Shown piece after piece: positions 1 to 10,609 of a DNA stretch of 64,000 bases. Position numbers and translations under genes: made by a program. This stretch comes from Deltaproteobacteria bacterium (lineage in GTDB: Bacteria; Myxococcota; XYA12-FULL-58-9; JAFGEK01), in the NCBI GenBank assembly GCA_016931625.1, contig JAFGEK010000219.1:24124-88123 (forward strand). The letters run 5' to 3'. How positions within the stretch are numbered: position 1 is the stretch's first letter; each line of letters opens with the position of its first letter. A model generated the notes under the pieces. The model did not search any database and had not been told where the DNA came from. It was given only the letters and a program-made list of their open reading frames with translations.

Positions 1-2105
1 TGGCGTTTGCTATCTTGTTATTAGCCATTGGCTGTGGTGAGCAATCACTTGCTAATAATACTGAAACTGAAGCAAACAACACTGAGATGATTTCAGATGT
101 TGCAAGTTCTGCTTTGTCTGCATCGATCATTAATAAGTCTTTTGTAAGCGCTAAAATTTTATTTCCACCACCAATATCTACTGCGGTCGCGCCACCACTT
201 GATGCTCGCGGCGCTGGTATGTACTGGCGTTTTATTGCCATAAAAAGCGACCCAGATGTTTCGTGTCCGAATGTCAGTGGATTACGTGTTCGTCCATTGT
301 TCACCACACGTGACAAGGCACAAGAGATAGATATACCTCCGGGACTAAGACAATATTGTCTATACGAAGATCCCTCTGTAGCACACCGGCTTGGGGCAAG
401 ACAGCTACCACCACAGCTTGAAGAATTATTAAAAGGAGGTTTCTTTACCTCTGTGTCTCAAGATCAAGCAGCGCTGGCGACTTTGGGTGATCCCCTTGAT
501 GACATTATGATCGAGCCATTCAGCAAGGCTTTTGACCAACAAACCGGTAAAATGCCGTTTTTACCAACCATTACTGCTCGAGTCAGACCTGTGCGTTTAG
601 CTCTTATTGATACTACCCCGACAAAAGAACCTACGGTAGCTATTGAAAATATCACAGGTTTTTCACTACATGGTTATAGTCTAGCGAATATGATCAAAAG
701 ACTAACTTGCCATAAAGAAAATTGTACTACCGTAATGACTAGCCAGTTGGGTACGCAATTACGTTATACTAATACTGGCAAACTCATTGAAGACGAGGTT
801 AATGGTGGTAGTTTCGGTTCGATTGCCTTTCTAGCAGAAGCAATAAGGCATGAAGTACAAAGATGGGATTCAATACCTGAAAAAAACCGACCACGTTTAG
901 TGATTAATCTTTCACTTGGTTGGTTATCACTTTACGGTGGTAATGAACTTACAAAAGAACCAGCGGCTGATGTTAAAAATCAAATCGGATTGTTAGCCCC
1001 TGATGTTAGAGCAGTGTACAGTGCGCTTGTCGATGCCCGCTGTCGTGGTGCAGTCGTTATTGCAGCGGCTGGTAATACTAGCGGAGGTCAAACTCTTACT
1101 AAAGGACCAATTTTACCCGCTGCTTGGGAAAGTGTATCAGTACCTGATGCACATGAATGCGAAGAGCTACTTGGCGGCGAACACCAAGGTATATCAGAGC
1201 GAGCAAATATTGGAAGAATTCCCTTGGTATATGCTGCTGGTGGTATCGATACCATGGGTCTTGATTTAGCAATCTCACGTCCCCAAAGTCGACCACGTTT
1301 AGTAGCTTATGCTGATCATGCTACTGTTCCGGTTATTAAAGGTGCAACACCAATTAAACCACTAACCGGCACTAGCGTTGCCTCTGCCGTTATTGCGGCC
1401 ACTACCAGCACTGTTTGGTATTACCAATCAGGGCTCGCCGGTTATGAGATAATTGAGACTATTTATAAAGCTGGTGACTTTATTGGTATCGACGCCGAAT
1501 TTGGTCTTGAGTCACCATTGCTTCCAGCAAAACGTATTTCTGTCTGCCAAGCTGCTACGGCAGCCTGTGCTTCTGGGGGTGGGGCATGTCCGCCAGTGTC
1601 TACCTGGCCAGAATGCGGACTCTGGGAGAAAAAACCGATTGCTTTGGATGCCCTAGATTTTACCGCATTTAACACCACGGCAACATCGACTACTGGTACA
1701 TTTAATGTATCTTACACAGATCCTGTTTGCGGCAGTTCTAAACTATATAATTATACCACCGGTAAAGCATTAAATCCTTGCCCTGATAGCCAATACTATA
1801 ATGCAAGCGCACAACCTTGGGTTGATACACAACCAGGCAGTACACCGTGCCCAAATTGTCTTGCCCGACGTAGCTTTAATCTTTTAAACCTAAGCTTAGA
1901 TTCATCTTATACAACTATGAGCAGCCCAAGTATAGAAGTAGTAACCGCGGGTACTAGCACTTATTATAGCCTGGCTGATTTTACCGGTGCTGCAACGGTA
2001 AATGTGCTCTTACCTAGCGGCTCTTTGAGTACTGCAGATTCGGTAACTTTAAATGGGTTGATGGGCTCTCAGAGTATAACTAGCGCTCTCTATATTGCCG
2101 AATAA
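1..2105 (+). CDS. Subtilisin-like (S8 family) serine peptidase, probable lipoprotein; 5' end runs off the window
   Basis: Long ORF. The frame stays open back to base 3 (AFAILLLAIGC, lipobox-like LAIGC). Triad-like contexts are LALIDTTP (Asp), LHGYSLANM (His) and LTGTSVASAV (GTSxA Ser motif). The C-terminal extension is Cys-rich. Confidence 0.75.
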   Translation, partial: AFAILLLAIGCGEQSLANNTETEANNTEMISDVASSALSASIINKSFVSAKILFPPPISTAVAPPLDARGAGMYWRFIAIKSDPDVSCPNVSGLRVRPLFTTRDKAQEIDIPPGLRQYCLYEDPSVAHRLGARQLPPQLEELLKGGFFTSVSQDQAALATLGDPLDDIMIEPFSKAFDQQTGKMPFLPTITARVRPVRLALIDTTPTKEPTVAIENITGFSLHGYSLANMIKRLTCHKENCTTVMTSQLGTQLRYTNTGKLIEDEVNGGSFGSIAFLAEAIRHEVQRWDSIPEKNRPRLVINLSLGWLSLYGGNELTKEPAADVKNQIGLLAPDVRAVYSALVDARCRGAVVIAAAGNTSGGQTLTKGPILPAAWESVSVPDAHECEELLGGEHQGISERANIGRIPLVYAAGGIDTMGLDLAISRPQSRPRLVAYADHATVPVIKGATPIKPLTGTSVASAVIAATTSTVWYYQSGLAGYEIIETIYKAGDFIGIDAEFGLESPLLPAKRISVCQAATAACASGGGACPPVSTWPECGLWEKKPIALDALDFTAFNTTATSTTGTFNVSYTDPVCGSSKLYNYTTGKALNPCPDSQYYNASAQPWVDTQPGSTPCPNCLARRSFNLLNLSLDSSYTTMSSPSIEVVTAGTSTYYSLADFTGAATVNVLLPSGSLSTADSVTLNGLMGSQSITSALYIAE

Positions 2106-2124
2106 TTCATTCAAACTGAGTGTC

Positions 2125-2160
2125 GGGCCTATTACTACCTAAAAATTTAGTAATAGGCCC
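2125..2160 (+). terminator. Stem-loop just downstream of the S8 peptidase stop (12-bp perfect stem)
   Basis: gggcctattact ... agtaataggccc perfect inverted repeat 20 nt after the TAA. The following sequence is A/T-rich but has no clean T-run. Confidence 0.5.
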
Positions 2161-2497
2161 ATTATGACAATTGATTTTTATATAGATGCACCAAAAACTA
2201 GTTGCACATAGTGACCAAGTGTATAAGCACTTATTTGTCGCAACGCAGCATTTATATTATCTGCCGATTATCTGGATCTTAAAAAACTGCTCAAAATCAA
2301 TCAAACTCATGCGATCTTGCAATACTGAAGGCAATTTGTGCACCACTTGCGTCATTAATATATTTTGTGATATTAATATTTTTTTTAATGGATTATATGA
2401 TTGACAAAATAGTAATAAATTGTCGTTATATTACAAGCGAATATAAAGCATACTGGTACTTTAAAACCGGTACGAGTTAATAAGAAAGAAGAATGAT

Positions 2498-3745
2498 ATG
2501 GCTTCTGTTCAAAGTTCTAGTAGCGCACATGATGCTATTTTTAGGCAAATGGGTGTATATAACTTTGCATTTCCATCGACACCTCCGGGATTGGCAAAAA
2601 CAAAAGATTCAACAGATCACCCTTATCCGTGGTCTACTGATTACATCGCAATCGATCTAAACAACCTTCCATCATATGAGAATGAATACATACAGGCAAT
2701 TTATTCAACTTTAATAAATAATAAATACAATAAATATGCAAAGTTTGAAGATATCGTCACTACCACAGAAGCGCGTAATGCTATCATAACTAATGCTAAG
2801 AAGGCCCCAGATATTGAAATCGTACTCACTTGCTGCCAAAGCTATTCGCTCTTATGGAATAACAGCCTCGCTATCTTTCTCTGCGGGAAACTATCAGAAG
2901 ATGTCTTACCCGGCACTGGTGCGATAAATAACAATAGAGTTGCTGCATCCTTTATAGCTTGGGCTGATGTTGAGTTATGGTGGCGTCACTGGGCCAGTTA
3001 TAATAAAAATAATGATGGTCAAGTGCCAGATTGGAAAGAGAAGTATCAAGAAACTTGGGCTGAGAAGCTAGAAGAAATTCCTGATTTTTGGCAAGATGTA
3101 CTCGACGCTGAAGATAATTCAGATGAAGAAGTGAAACGTTTTGATAAATTAAAAAAAGCCAGCGAGTTGTTTGGGTCTCTTATAATGGCCCTGGTAGAAT
3201 ACCCTGAATCAGAAGAACTTTTAAGTGCCCTAGATGCCTTTTGCAAAAAGCAAAGTTACGCGGTTAGGTATGGTGTTAATTTAGCAGAAGAAGAGACCAA
3301 AGAAGACAATATTAAAGTAATGGAAGATATTCGCGCGGCTTGTAAAATTGAAAACAAGCAAGAACGCCTAGATGCCCTGAGCCGCATCGCTTTTCATACC
3401 AATGCTAATTTCGATATCACAGACCTTTGTGAAGAAATGGAGACGAAATTAGGGGAATTAGATGATATTAGGAAAGAAGAAGATGTAACAGCGCAACGTC
3501 ATGCTAAAGAGTACATCAACCCTGCGATTGTGAAAAAACTCAGCATTCAAGAATCTAGCGCTTCGGTAGGAGTATGTTTAAGCTCCAGAAATTTTGAAGG
3601 GCGAAATACCACAACGTCTAAAAACGTAAATTTCTATAATGCATTAGGCCGCCGCCAATCCATCAACGATCACCGAAATGCTTCTAATATATTCATCAAA
3701 GTTGAAAATCCTAGATTCAAGCACAACACCAAGACAACTCATTAA
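2498..3745 (+). CDS. Hypothetical acidic cytoplasmic protein (no recognisable family)
   Basis: 415-aa ORF preceded by aagaaagaag (purine-rich RBS-like) and a ~390-bp AT-rich spacer. No signal peptide. The central part is Glu/Asp/Lys-rich and looks helical. Confidence 0.55.
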   Translation: MASVQSSSSAHDAIFRQMGVYNFAFPSTPPGLAKTKDSTDHPYPWSTDYIAIDLNNLPSYENEYIQAIYSTLINNKYNKYAKFEDIVTTTEARNAIITNAKKAPDIEIVLTCCQSYSLLWNNSLAIFLCGKLSEDVLPGTGAINNNRVAASFIAWADVELWWRHWASYNKNNDGQVPDWKEKYQETWAEKLEEIPDFWQDVLDAEDNSDEEVKRFDKLKKASELFGSLIMALVEYPESEELLSALDAFCKKQSYAVRYGVNLAEEETKEDNIKVMEDIRAACKIENKQERLDALSRIAFHTNANFDITDLCEEMETKLGELDDIRKEEDVTAQRHAKEYINPAIVKKLSIQESSASVGVCLSSRNFEGRNTTTSKNVNFYNALGRRQSINDHRNASNIFIKVENPRFKHNTKTTH

Positions 3746-3770
3746 GAAAAATTAGCGCTAAAACGCTATA

Positions 3771-3971
3771 TCACGGCGAGGTATATCTCTTTAGCCTATA
3801 TCTTTGCACTAAATCTCTTCTTTGTTCCTCGGGCAGCGAAAAGAGGTAGGCTCTAAAACCGGGGCACCACCCTGCATGCCACCGCCAAAACCTTCCCAGC
3901 AGCGATTGAGGTCGGGCTTCATATTTTGCTCTGAACTTGCAACTCTCGCATCCCATTTCTGGCATAGGCAT
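3771..3971 (-). CDS. Small conserved Cys/Trp-rich protein (CxxC...WRWH..WCPG motif), function unknown
   Basis: 66-aa ORF with a strong AAGGAG RBS 5 nt upstream of the ATG. The motif CESCKFRAKY...GRFWRWHAGWCPGF resembles a small-protein family I recall from anaerobic bacteria. Its GC looks higher than the surroundings by eye. Confidence 0.6.
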   Translation of the reverse strand: MPMPEMGCESCKFRAKYEARPQSLLGRFWRWHAGWCPGFRAYLFSLPEEQRRDLVQRYRLKRYTSP

Positions 3972-4115
3972 ATCTCCTTAAAAAAATATTAGCACTCGTT
4001 CTACTAGATTTTTACCCTAATGTTACCTACGATGTTACCATAAATTGTGCTTGGCTTAAGGCTCTATAGATTGATATCTTCTTAATCATCTCACTCATTT
4101 ATATGGATAACTAGC

Positions 4116-5009
4116 ATGATATATAAATCTATTATATTTATATTTATTATACTTATATCCCCTTTTACAATAGCAGCGCCACTGCAACCAACAACAAAGC
4201 AAGATAATCCAACAGGTGCCAAAATTACTCGTGAAGGTTCTGCTAGACGACTCTTGCTTCGCAGGTTAGGCAAAGGTTGGAAAATCTCGGTACGCACCGC
4301 AAGTTGTGCAAGTGTTTGTACTTCTGGAGTTATTTTTTCAGGTGAAAATCAAAAAATGCGCATTCCTAAAGCCGAAATTAACCCATTAAGCAATGCTAAT
4401 TTCGCACATTTTACTTATTGCTTATGCCCATTTGCTCTTGCAAAGCCTAATCAAATGGCGCAACCGGCTTATCCTGAACTAAATTTAGAAAGTGAAACTG
4501 TACGCGCCTATGGTTATGCAGATATTCCCGAAACGCCCCAAGGTAAAAAAGTACTTAGTATACTTCATGAAGAGTTAGGCCTAAGGTGGGGCGCTGCTAA
4601 TTCAGTTGGCCTGCATTGTCGCATCGAAATACAGGCAAATAAAGTACACCGAAAAAAATCAATACCACTAAAGCTATTTATACATAATATCAGCGATAAA
4701 TCTGTAAATGTGGTTGATACGATTAATCAACCCAATGGTGCGGGCTTTACAATTAGCCTGGAAGACCACGAAATTGATGCAACTTATGCCGCAAGTGCTG
4801 CAAAGTATATACTACTAGAATCAGGTCAAACTTATAGTCGTGAAATCGCTATAGCCAAATATGAGCCACAACCACCGGATGATAGCAAGTATGGCAAAGC
4901 TAAAAAGTTTGAAATTTATACAACTTACTCAACACAACCCAAATTATCAAACGGTGACTTGCCCAATGATGTTATTTCTTGCCCACCAATATCTTTTATT
5001 CTACGCTGA
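4116..5009 (+). CDS. Hypothetical secreted protein
   Basis: 297-aa ORF with an N-terminal hydrophobic signal-like segment (IIFIFIILISPFTIAAP). No family recognised. Confidence 0.5.
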   Translation: MIYKSIIFIFIILISPFTIAAPLQPTTKQDNPTGAKITREGSARRLLLRRLGKGWKISVRTASCASVCTSGVIFSGENQKMRIPKAEINPLSNANFAHFTYCLCPFALAKPNQMAQPAYPELNLESETVRAYGYADIPETPQGKKVLSILHEELGLRWGAANSVGLHCRIEIQANKVHRKKSIPLKLFIHNISDKSVNVVDTINQPNGAGFTISLEDHEIDATYAASAAKYILLESGQTYSREIAIAKYEPQPPDDSKYGKAKKFEIYTTYSTQPKLSNGDLPNDVISCPPISFILR

Positions 5010-5632
5010 TATATACTTAGTACATATTTTTAAAATAAACGCTGTCATCTCCTGTCCTGTTTAGGGAAAGCAAAGCGGTGTGAAATGACAGGCTTTATTA
5101 TTTCGCCTTTTTTATAAATTCACGTTTAAAATATTCTCTTTTTATCCGAGGATCTATCTTTAACGCTTTCTTATAAAGCATAGCAAATTATTATATTTTA
5201 ATAGAAATTTATTGCGATAGAGAAGAGATGGCTCGATTTCCATGGGTGATGATGCTGACTTTTCTGCGGTTGGTGGTGGTGGTTTCTTGATAAAAATTGG
5301 ATGCGAATAAACCCCATTAAAAAACTTTGCAATCATCCCGTTTCTATCAACTTTATTTGCCATTTTAATATCCTGCAATTGCAATTTCAGTTTTAAGCTT
5401 AGCTTAATTTTCGGCAAATAAACGAACGAGTTGCTTAAAAAAACACCAGCGGCAGCGCTCGATACTAATAGCGCTATCACTTTGTAGTAGCAAGCCACTC
5501 ATCAACCAGCGCTTTGGGTCAATGACTGAACATACGAACACAAATTTTATGCTTCAGTGTCATCAACATCACCAAAGAATAATTCTTCCATATGCCCGCG
5601 TAAAACTGCTTGACCATAAGGTTCAGCCGGAT

Positions 5633-6559
5633 TTATTTGGTAATTGGCTTAACTGATGGCAAAAGCACAACTTCGATACGTCGATTTTTATGCCTACCTG
5701 CTGCAGTACGATTGCTTGCTGATGGACGATATTCAGAAAAACCCGCGGCAACTAAACGGCGTCCTGGCACTTTGATTTCATCTTGCAAAAACCGTACAAC
5801 ATTGGTCGCACGTGCAGTTGATAAATCCCAATTACTAGCAAAAAGTTTATGCAGTTTTGGTGATATCGGAATATTGTCAGTATGACCACCAACTTGAATA
5901 ATTTTATCTTTAATTTTTAAAAAGGTTTCTCCAACCTTTTTAAGAACCGCTTTACCTTTAGAATTTAACTCAGCCTCACCAGAATCAAATAAAATTTGGT
6001 CACTAACATCGACTACTAATTCACCGGCGCGTTGATTAATGAGTACTTCGCCCTTTTTTATTTCTTCTTGTAATTTTTGCGAAAGCTCATCTTGAGTTTT
6101 GCTCAACTCCGCAAGGACTTGGTCTTTTTTATCGACGGCATTTTGCAGTGAAGCGGCAGCGGTTTTTAATTCATTAATTTGCTCAGCTAATTTTGTATTT
6201 TCACTTCGAGCAATTACCAGATCATCAGCCTGCTGTTTAATTTGCTCAGCTAAAGGCAAGTAATAGAAAAATATAAAAGCACCGGCACCAATCAGTAATA
6301 AAATCGTTATTAGCCATGGTACCGGGTTTGATTTACGACGAATTTTATAAGTCGGTATTTCAGCAGATGATAAATCACCCATATCAAACTGCTGGCGTTG
6401 TGGCTCAGGTGATATCTCTGATGGCAATGAATCTGGGGGTGATTCACTCGTATTAGGCACCGAGATTGGTGCTGGGGCATTTTGACCTTCAGGAGCACTT
6501 GACATTACTGTCGGATCCCATGCTTCGCGACTTTTATAATCAGCCATACGCACCTCCAC
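5633..6559 (-). CDS. OmpA/MotB-family protein with TM anchor and coiled-coil
   Basis: The C-terminal OmpA-like peptidoglycan-binding motif is GGHTDNIP...NWDLSTARATNVVRFL...NRRIEVVLLP. There is a single TM segment (WLITILLLIGAGAFIFFYY) followed by a coiled-coil. The start may be the ATG 4 codons downstream (MADYK). Confidence 0.85.
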   Translation of the reverse strand: MEVRMADYKSREAWDPTVMSSAPEGQNAPAPISVPNTSESPPDSLPSEISPEPQRQQFDMGDLSSAEIPTYKIRRKSNPVPWLITILLLIGAGAFIFFYYLPLAEQIKQQADDLVIARSENTKLAEQINELKTAAASLQNAVDKKDQVLAELSKTQDELSQKLQEEIKKGEVLINQRAGELVVDVSDQILFDSGEAELNSKGKAVLKKVGETFLKIKDKIIQVGGHTDNIPISPKLHKLFASNWDLSTARATNVVRFLQDEIKVPGRRLVAAGFSEYRPSASNRTAAGRHKNRRIEVVLLPSVKPITK

Positions 6560-6624
6560 AAATAACGGTCGTTTTTATCTAAAAGCTTGTCTACCAAAGT
6601 CTAGCTCGAATTTGAGATTAAATC

Positions 6625-6873
6625 TTAAATTAAAATAAAAAACAAACCCGCGGTCACCAAAGCTATTACTGAAAGCACCACAATTAACCGTAACATTGAT
6701 TTAGTGCCTGCATTTTGTGGTACACGACCAATTAGTCGCTCGGCTTCTTGTACTATCTGTCTGGTGCTAGGAGGACGTTTGCGACGATTACTTTTCTCTG
6801 CATTTTTAGAACGTAGAGCTTCACCTGTTTGAATCAAATGTTCGGTAGAATCTTTATGTTTGCTTGGGCACAT
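6625..6873 (-). CDS. Small basic protein with C-terminal TM anchor (hypothetical)
   Basis: 82-aa ORF co-directional with and between the GT4 and OmpA-like genes. C-terminal hydrophobic helix LIVVLSVIALVTAGLFFILI. Confidence 0.4.
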   Translation of the reverse strand: MCPSKHKDSTEHLIQTGEALRSKNAEKSNRRKRPPSTRQIVQEAERLIGRVPQNAGTKSMLRLIVVLSVIALVTAGLFFILI

Positions 6874-6899
6874 TATTAGTCTCCCAATTTACTTTTAAT

Positions 6900-8036
6900 T
6901 TAGAGCTTTTTTAAAGTTCGTTGATATAAATCTATAGTAGCTAAAGCTTCATTTGTAAAACTACGCTCATTAAGTACATACTGTCTAGCATCCTCAATAC
7001 GTTTACTTCTTTGGGGATCTTGCAACGCTGCTAAAATACCCTGCTTAATCACATCAGGATCTCGCGATATAATAGGATAACCTCTTTTTTTAGTAACCAA
7101 CTCACCAATCGCACCACTTGCAACCGCAACTACTGCAACCTGAGCAGCCATTGCCTCTAAAATAGCTCTGGCACTAGCATCATTACCTGGTTGCGCTAAA
7201 AAACACACATCTGCACATTGATATGCATTTTCAAGTTCTTGACCTTTTAAATAGCCGGCAAACCGTACCCAGGGCTGCATTTGCAACTTAGCAATATGTT
7301 GATGCAAATCTGCTTCACCTTCGCCACGACCAACAAATAATACAACCGGTCGTTGCTCTGCTGCTATCAACGCCAACGCCGATACCAACTCTTTTTGACC
7401 GCGCTTTGCAATAAGTGCCACATGCGCAACTACTGCCGTATTATCAGGTATTAAAAAATGTTGGCGTAATTCTGCACGTTTTGCTGCTGATGAATGTGGC
7501 CATTTAATTGCATTAAAACCACTTGGAATTACCGCAACTTTGTTTGCATCCACTGAAAACTGCTTAATAAGCTTCTCGCGATGAATGTCAGCGCGAGTAA
7601 TCCACGCTGCAGCTCGCCTATGCAAAAAAGCTTGGCCGAAGCGCTTATGCAATGAACGTTCAGCATGAATCGTTCGCACACAAGCAAGAGAGTGCAAACT
7701 TGATAGGGCTAAAGCAGCGAGCAGATGATCATGTGAAAGATGCACATGTACAATATCAAGAGAACCTTGTTTGGCACTTTTACGTAAGGTGTAAAAATCT
7801 CGCCAAAATTCTAAAAAATTTGATTTTGCTGACAAAGTAAAGTGCCACGGAGCTTGTAGATTTGCCACGGCTAATTTTGGTGCGGCTGGTTCTTCAAAAT
7901 CATTAAAAGCTCCGCGTTTGCTATCGTAGGCCAAATAAACCTCATGTCCGAGATCACGCTGCGCCAAAGCCAAGCCAACCGTAGGAGGCAATGGACCTGA
8001 GTAAAGCGAATAACTTACTAAATGCAGAATACGCAC
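6900..8036 (-). CDS. Glycosyltransferase, GT4 (GT-B fold) family
   Basis: 378 aa. Typical N-terminal start MRILHLV...GP and a C-terminal E(x7)E-type region (ARAILEAMAAQVAVVAVASGAIGELV). Confidence 0.85.
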   Translation of the reverse strand: MRILHLVSYSLYSGPLPPTVGLALAQRDLGHEVYLAYDSKRGAFNDFEEPAAPKLAVANLQAPWHFTLSAKSNFLEFWRDFYTLRKSAKQGSLDIVHVHLSHDHLLAALALSSLHSLACVRTIHAERSLHKRFGQAFLHRRAAAWITRADIHREKLIKQFSVDANKVAVIPSGFNAIKWPHSSAAKRAELRQHFLIPDNTAVVAHVALIAKRGQKELVSALALIAAEQRPVVLFVGRGEGEADLHQHIAKLQMQPWVRFAGYLKGQELENAYQCADVCFLAQPGNDASARAILEAMAAQVAVVAVASGAIGELVTKKRGYPIISRDPDVIKQGILAALQDPQRSKRIEDARQYVLNERSFTNEALATIDLYQRTLKKL

Positions 8037-8086
8037 GTTTTTTACTACCTTCCTAATCCCTTCATGTAGCGCTACAATCCCCTCCC

Positions 8087-9205
8087 ATGCGTTATCAAAT
8101 ATTTACCATTTTCTTGGTTATCACTATCACCGCTACAAATGCTATCTTGGCGGCGCCAAGGCCAAAACCCGGCGGTTTATCGGGGTTTACTTCTGGCAGC
8201 TTAGGAAAAATTGATCCTAAAGCCGCGGCACTTGAAGTACAGATACTTAAAGCTATCAATCAAGCTCGTCAAAAGGCGCAACAACAAAACTTGTCTCTTG
8301 ATGAGCAATTACGTCAATTTATTCGCAATGAAGCTGAAATTGCGGCCACTGACGGTGTTGATATCAATGCTGCAATAGTACGTTTTAAGCTAAAAGGTTT
8401 AGCAACCGATTATTATCGTTTGCAATATGGATTTGGAACTAAAGCTTCTCTTATTGTTGAACAATTACTTGCGCAAGCACAAAGCAAAGAGATTTTACTT
8501 GGTGATTTCACGCGTGTTGGGATCGGTGCTTTTTGGGTGCCTATAGATAAACCTACCTTTCAAGTGGCATTAATATTTGTACTTGACCCCGATCCTCATG
8601 ATGGCCAGCCAGGTTTATCACCTTCGCAAACTGATCCTATTGTTGCCCAAGCGCAAGAAACAATTCGTAGCTGTTATGATGCTGCTTTAGAAGACATGCC
8701 CGATCTTAAAGGTGATCTGCTTTTACAGATTGTGATTGGCCCTCAGGGTACCGTTATCAACAGCAAAATGCTTAAAAGCCTTGGTAATCGAGGTTTTGAT
8801 GCCTGTGCCCTGGCGGTAGTTAATCGGTTAAAATTTCCTGTCCCATATAAAAATAAATCTGTCACTTTAAATCAACCAATGCATTTTACTCCCTCTGTTG
8901 GCTATGAAAAGGTTGGTAAACTCACTAATTCACAAATTAATGGTAGTTTTGCCATTGCCAATAATGATTTTCGAGCCTGTTACGATCGTCGTTTAAAAGA
9001 AAAGCCCGATCTCGCTGGTTTTATAATTGTAAAACTCAATATTGAAGCTGATGGCTCAGTAGCTAAAGCTAATGTTGAAGAAGATACGCTTGCTGATGCC
9101 GAATTCACTGCTTGTTTGTTAAAACGTATTGAAACATTACATTTTCCAAGGCCAGAATTTAAAGCGGGGTTAGAGATATCTTACCGTTTAGATTTTCGCC
9201 CATAA
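8087..9205 (+). CDS. Secreted protein with two AgmX/PglI-type (TonB-C-like) C-terminal domains
   Basis: Signal peptide present. Two internal repeats, CYDAALEDMPDLKGDLLLQIVIGPQGTV...KFPVP and CYDRRLKEKPDLAGFIIVKLNIEADGSV...HFPRP, match the myxobacterial AgmX/PglI C-terminal domain pattern. The N-terminal part is weakly CAP/SCP-like. Confidence 0.7.
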   Translation: MRYQIFTIFLVITITATNAILAAPRPKPGGLSGFTSGSLGKIDPKAAALEVQILKAINQARQKAQQQNLSLDEQLRQFIRNEAEIAATDGVDINAAIVRFKLKGLATDYYRLQYGFGTKASLIVEQLLAQAQSKEILLGDFTRVGIGAFWVPIDKPTFQVALIFVLDPDPHDGQPGLSPSQTDPIVAQAQETIRSCYDAALEDMPDLKGDLLLQIVIGPQGTVINSKMLKSLGNRGFDACALAVVNRLKFPVPYKNKSVTLNQPMHFTPSVGYEKVGKLTNSQINGSFAIANNDFRACYDRRLKEKPDLAGFIIVKLNIEADGSVAKANVEEDTLADAEFTACLLKRIETLHFPRPEFKAGLEISYRLDFRP

Positions 9206-9330
9206 CGCGTTGCGTTATCTATTATTTAACAGCTTATCACAAATTTATTACAAACCATACAAAACTATTATCATTATAAGCAGATAAATATTTGCCGTTT
9301 ACCTCAATTTGACTTAAGAATTTTGATCCC

Positions 9331-10557
9331 ATGGATGAGATGAGGGAACGCATAGTCGCCGCTGCCAAAAGACAGCGAAATCGTTGTACTGAATTTACGC
9401 GCGAGCTAATCTCGATTGCGTCACATAGCAGGCAAGAAGAAGCCATAGCCATGCATGTACGCCGCGAGATGCTAAAGCTTGGCTATCACGACGCTGATGT
9501 TGATCGTTTTGGCAATGTCGTTGGTCGTATCGGAGATGGTCGTACTCGTATTATTTACGATGCCCATCTTGATACTCCTGGTATTGGCGATCGTAGCTCT
9601 TGGCGTTTTGATCCATATTCCGGCGATATGAAAGCTGGCAAAATTTATGGTCATGGCGCTGCCAACAACAAAGGTGGTCTTGCTGCTATCGTTTGCGCAG
9701 GTGGTATCATTCGCGATCTTGATCTCGCCAATGACTGCACAATTTATGTCATTGGCTCAATTCAATCTGAAGAATGCGAAGGTTTAGCCTATAAAGCTTT
9801 ATTTGATGTTGAAAAGCTTTATCCACACTTTGTCGTTCTTTCAATGCCAACTGGCATGCGCATATGTCGTGGGCAACGCGGACGCGCTGAAATACAAGTG
9901 ACAATGCGCGGTCAACCTGTACATGCCTCAATGCCTGAAAAAGGTTTTAATGCCATCTATGGCATGAGTAAAATCATTGATGGTGTGCAAAAGCTCAATC
10001 AAAGCTTACCTTCTGATCCTTTCTTAGGAAAAGCTACGGTGGCTGTTACTCATATTGAATGCGATTCTACTGGGGCTAATATGCTGCCAGAATCATGTCG
10101 CATTATTATTGATCGGCGTATGCTACCTAACGATCAAGTTAAACGAGTAATTATGCAAATTAAAGAACTTGCTCGTGGCTCTCGGGCTAAGGTTGAGATT
10201 GCTGCATACGACAAACCAAGCTATCGTGGTTTGCGCTTACCTATGGAAAAATATTTCCCCACTTGGGTACTGCCAGAAAATCATCCTCTTATTGATGCTG
10301 CCGAAGGTGCATATAAGAGTGTTTTCAAGAAAAAACCTCTGATCGATCGTTGGACCATGTCTACCGCAGGGGTTTATACCATGGGTATTGCTAAAGTACC
10401 TACCATTGGATTTGGCCCTTCTGAAGAAAGCTTTTCAGGCCCAATTAACGACCATGTACGTATAGATGATTTAGAAAAATGTATGTCTTTTTATGCCACG
10501 CTACCGGGTTATCTACCAGATACCGAGCCTATTAAAATTCCACGACGAAGACGATAA
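9331..10557 (+). CDS. M20-family metallohydrolase, YgeY-like
   Basis: 408 aa. From memory it aligns along its length to E. coli YgeY (RGQRGRAEIQV..., IDRRMLPND, YFPTWVLPE.H, ...TIGFGP). Confidence 0.85.
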   Translation: MDEMRERIVAAAKRQRNRCTEFTRELISIASHSRQEEAIAMHVRREMLKLGYHDADVDRFGNVVGRIGDGRTRIIYDAHLDTPGIGDRSSWRFDPYSGDMKAGKIYGHGAANNKGGLAAIVCAGGIIRDLDLANDCTIYVIGSIQSEECEGLAYKALFDVEKLYPHFVVLSMPTGMRICRGQRGRAEIQVTMRGQPVHASMPEKGFNAIYGMSKIIDGVQKLNQSLPSDPFLGKATVAVTHIECDSTGANMLPESCRIIIDRRMLPNDQVKRVIMQIKELARGSRAKVEIAAYDKPSYRGLRLPMEKYFPTWVLPENHPLIDAAEGAYKSVFKKKPLIDRWTMSTAGVYTMGIAKVPTIGFGPSEESFSGPINDHVRIDDLEKCMSFYATLPGYLPDTEPIKIPRRRR

Positions 10558-10609
10558 ATTTTAATCGAAAATTTGGCTTATTCGTGCCGACAACTATATT
10601 ATATAGATT

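Noticed and set aside
5160-5498. 112-aa minus-strand ORF downstream of the OmpA-like gene
   Set aside because: It has no recognisable motif, a low-complexity KLSLKLKLQLQ stretch, and no clear RBS for either candidate start. I cannot support it as a gene. It may be a small orphan, but I leave it uncalled.
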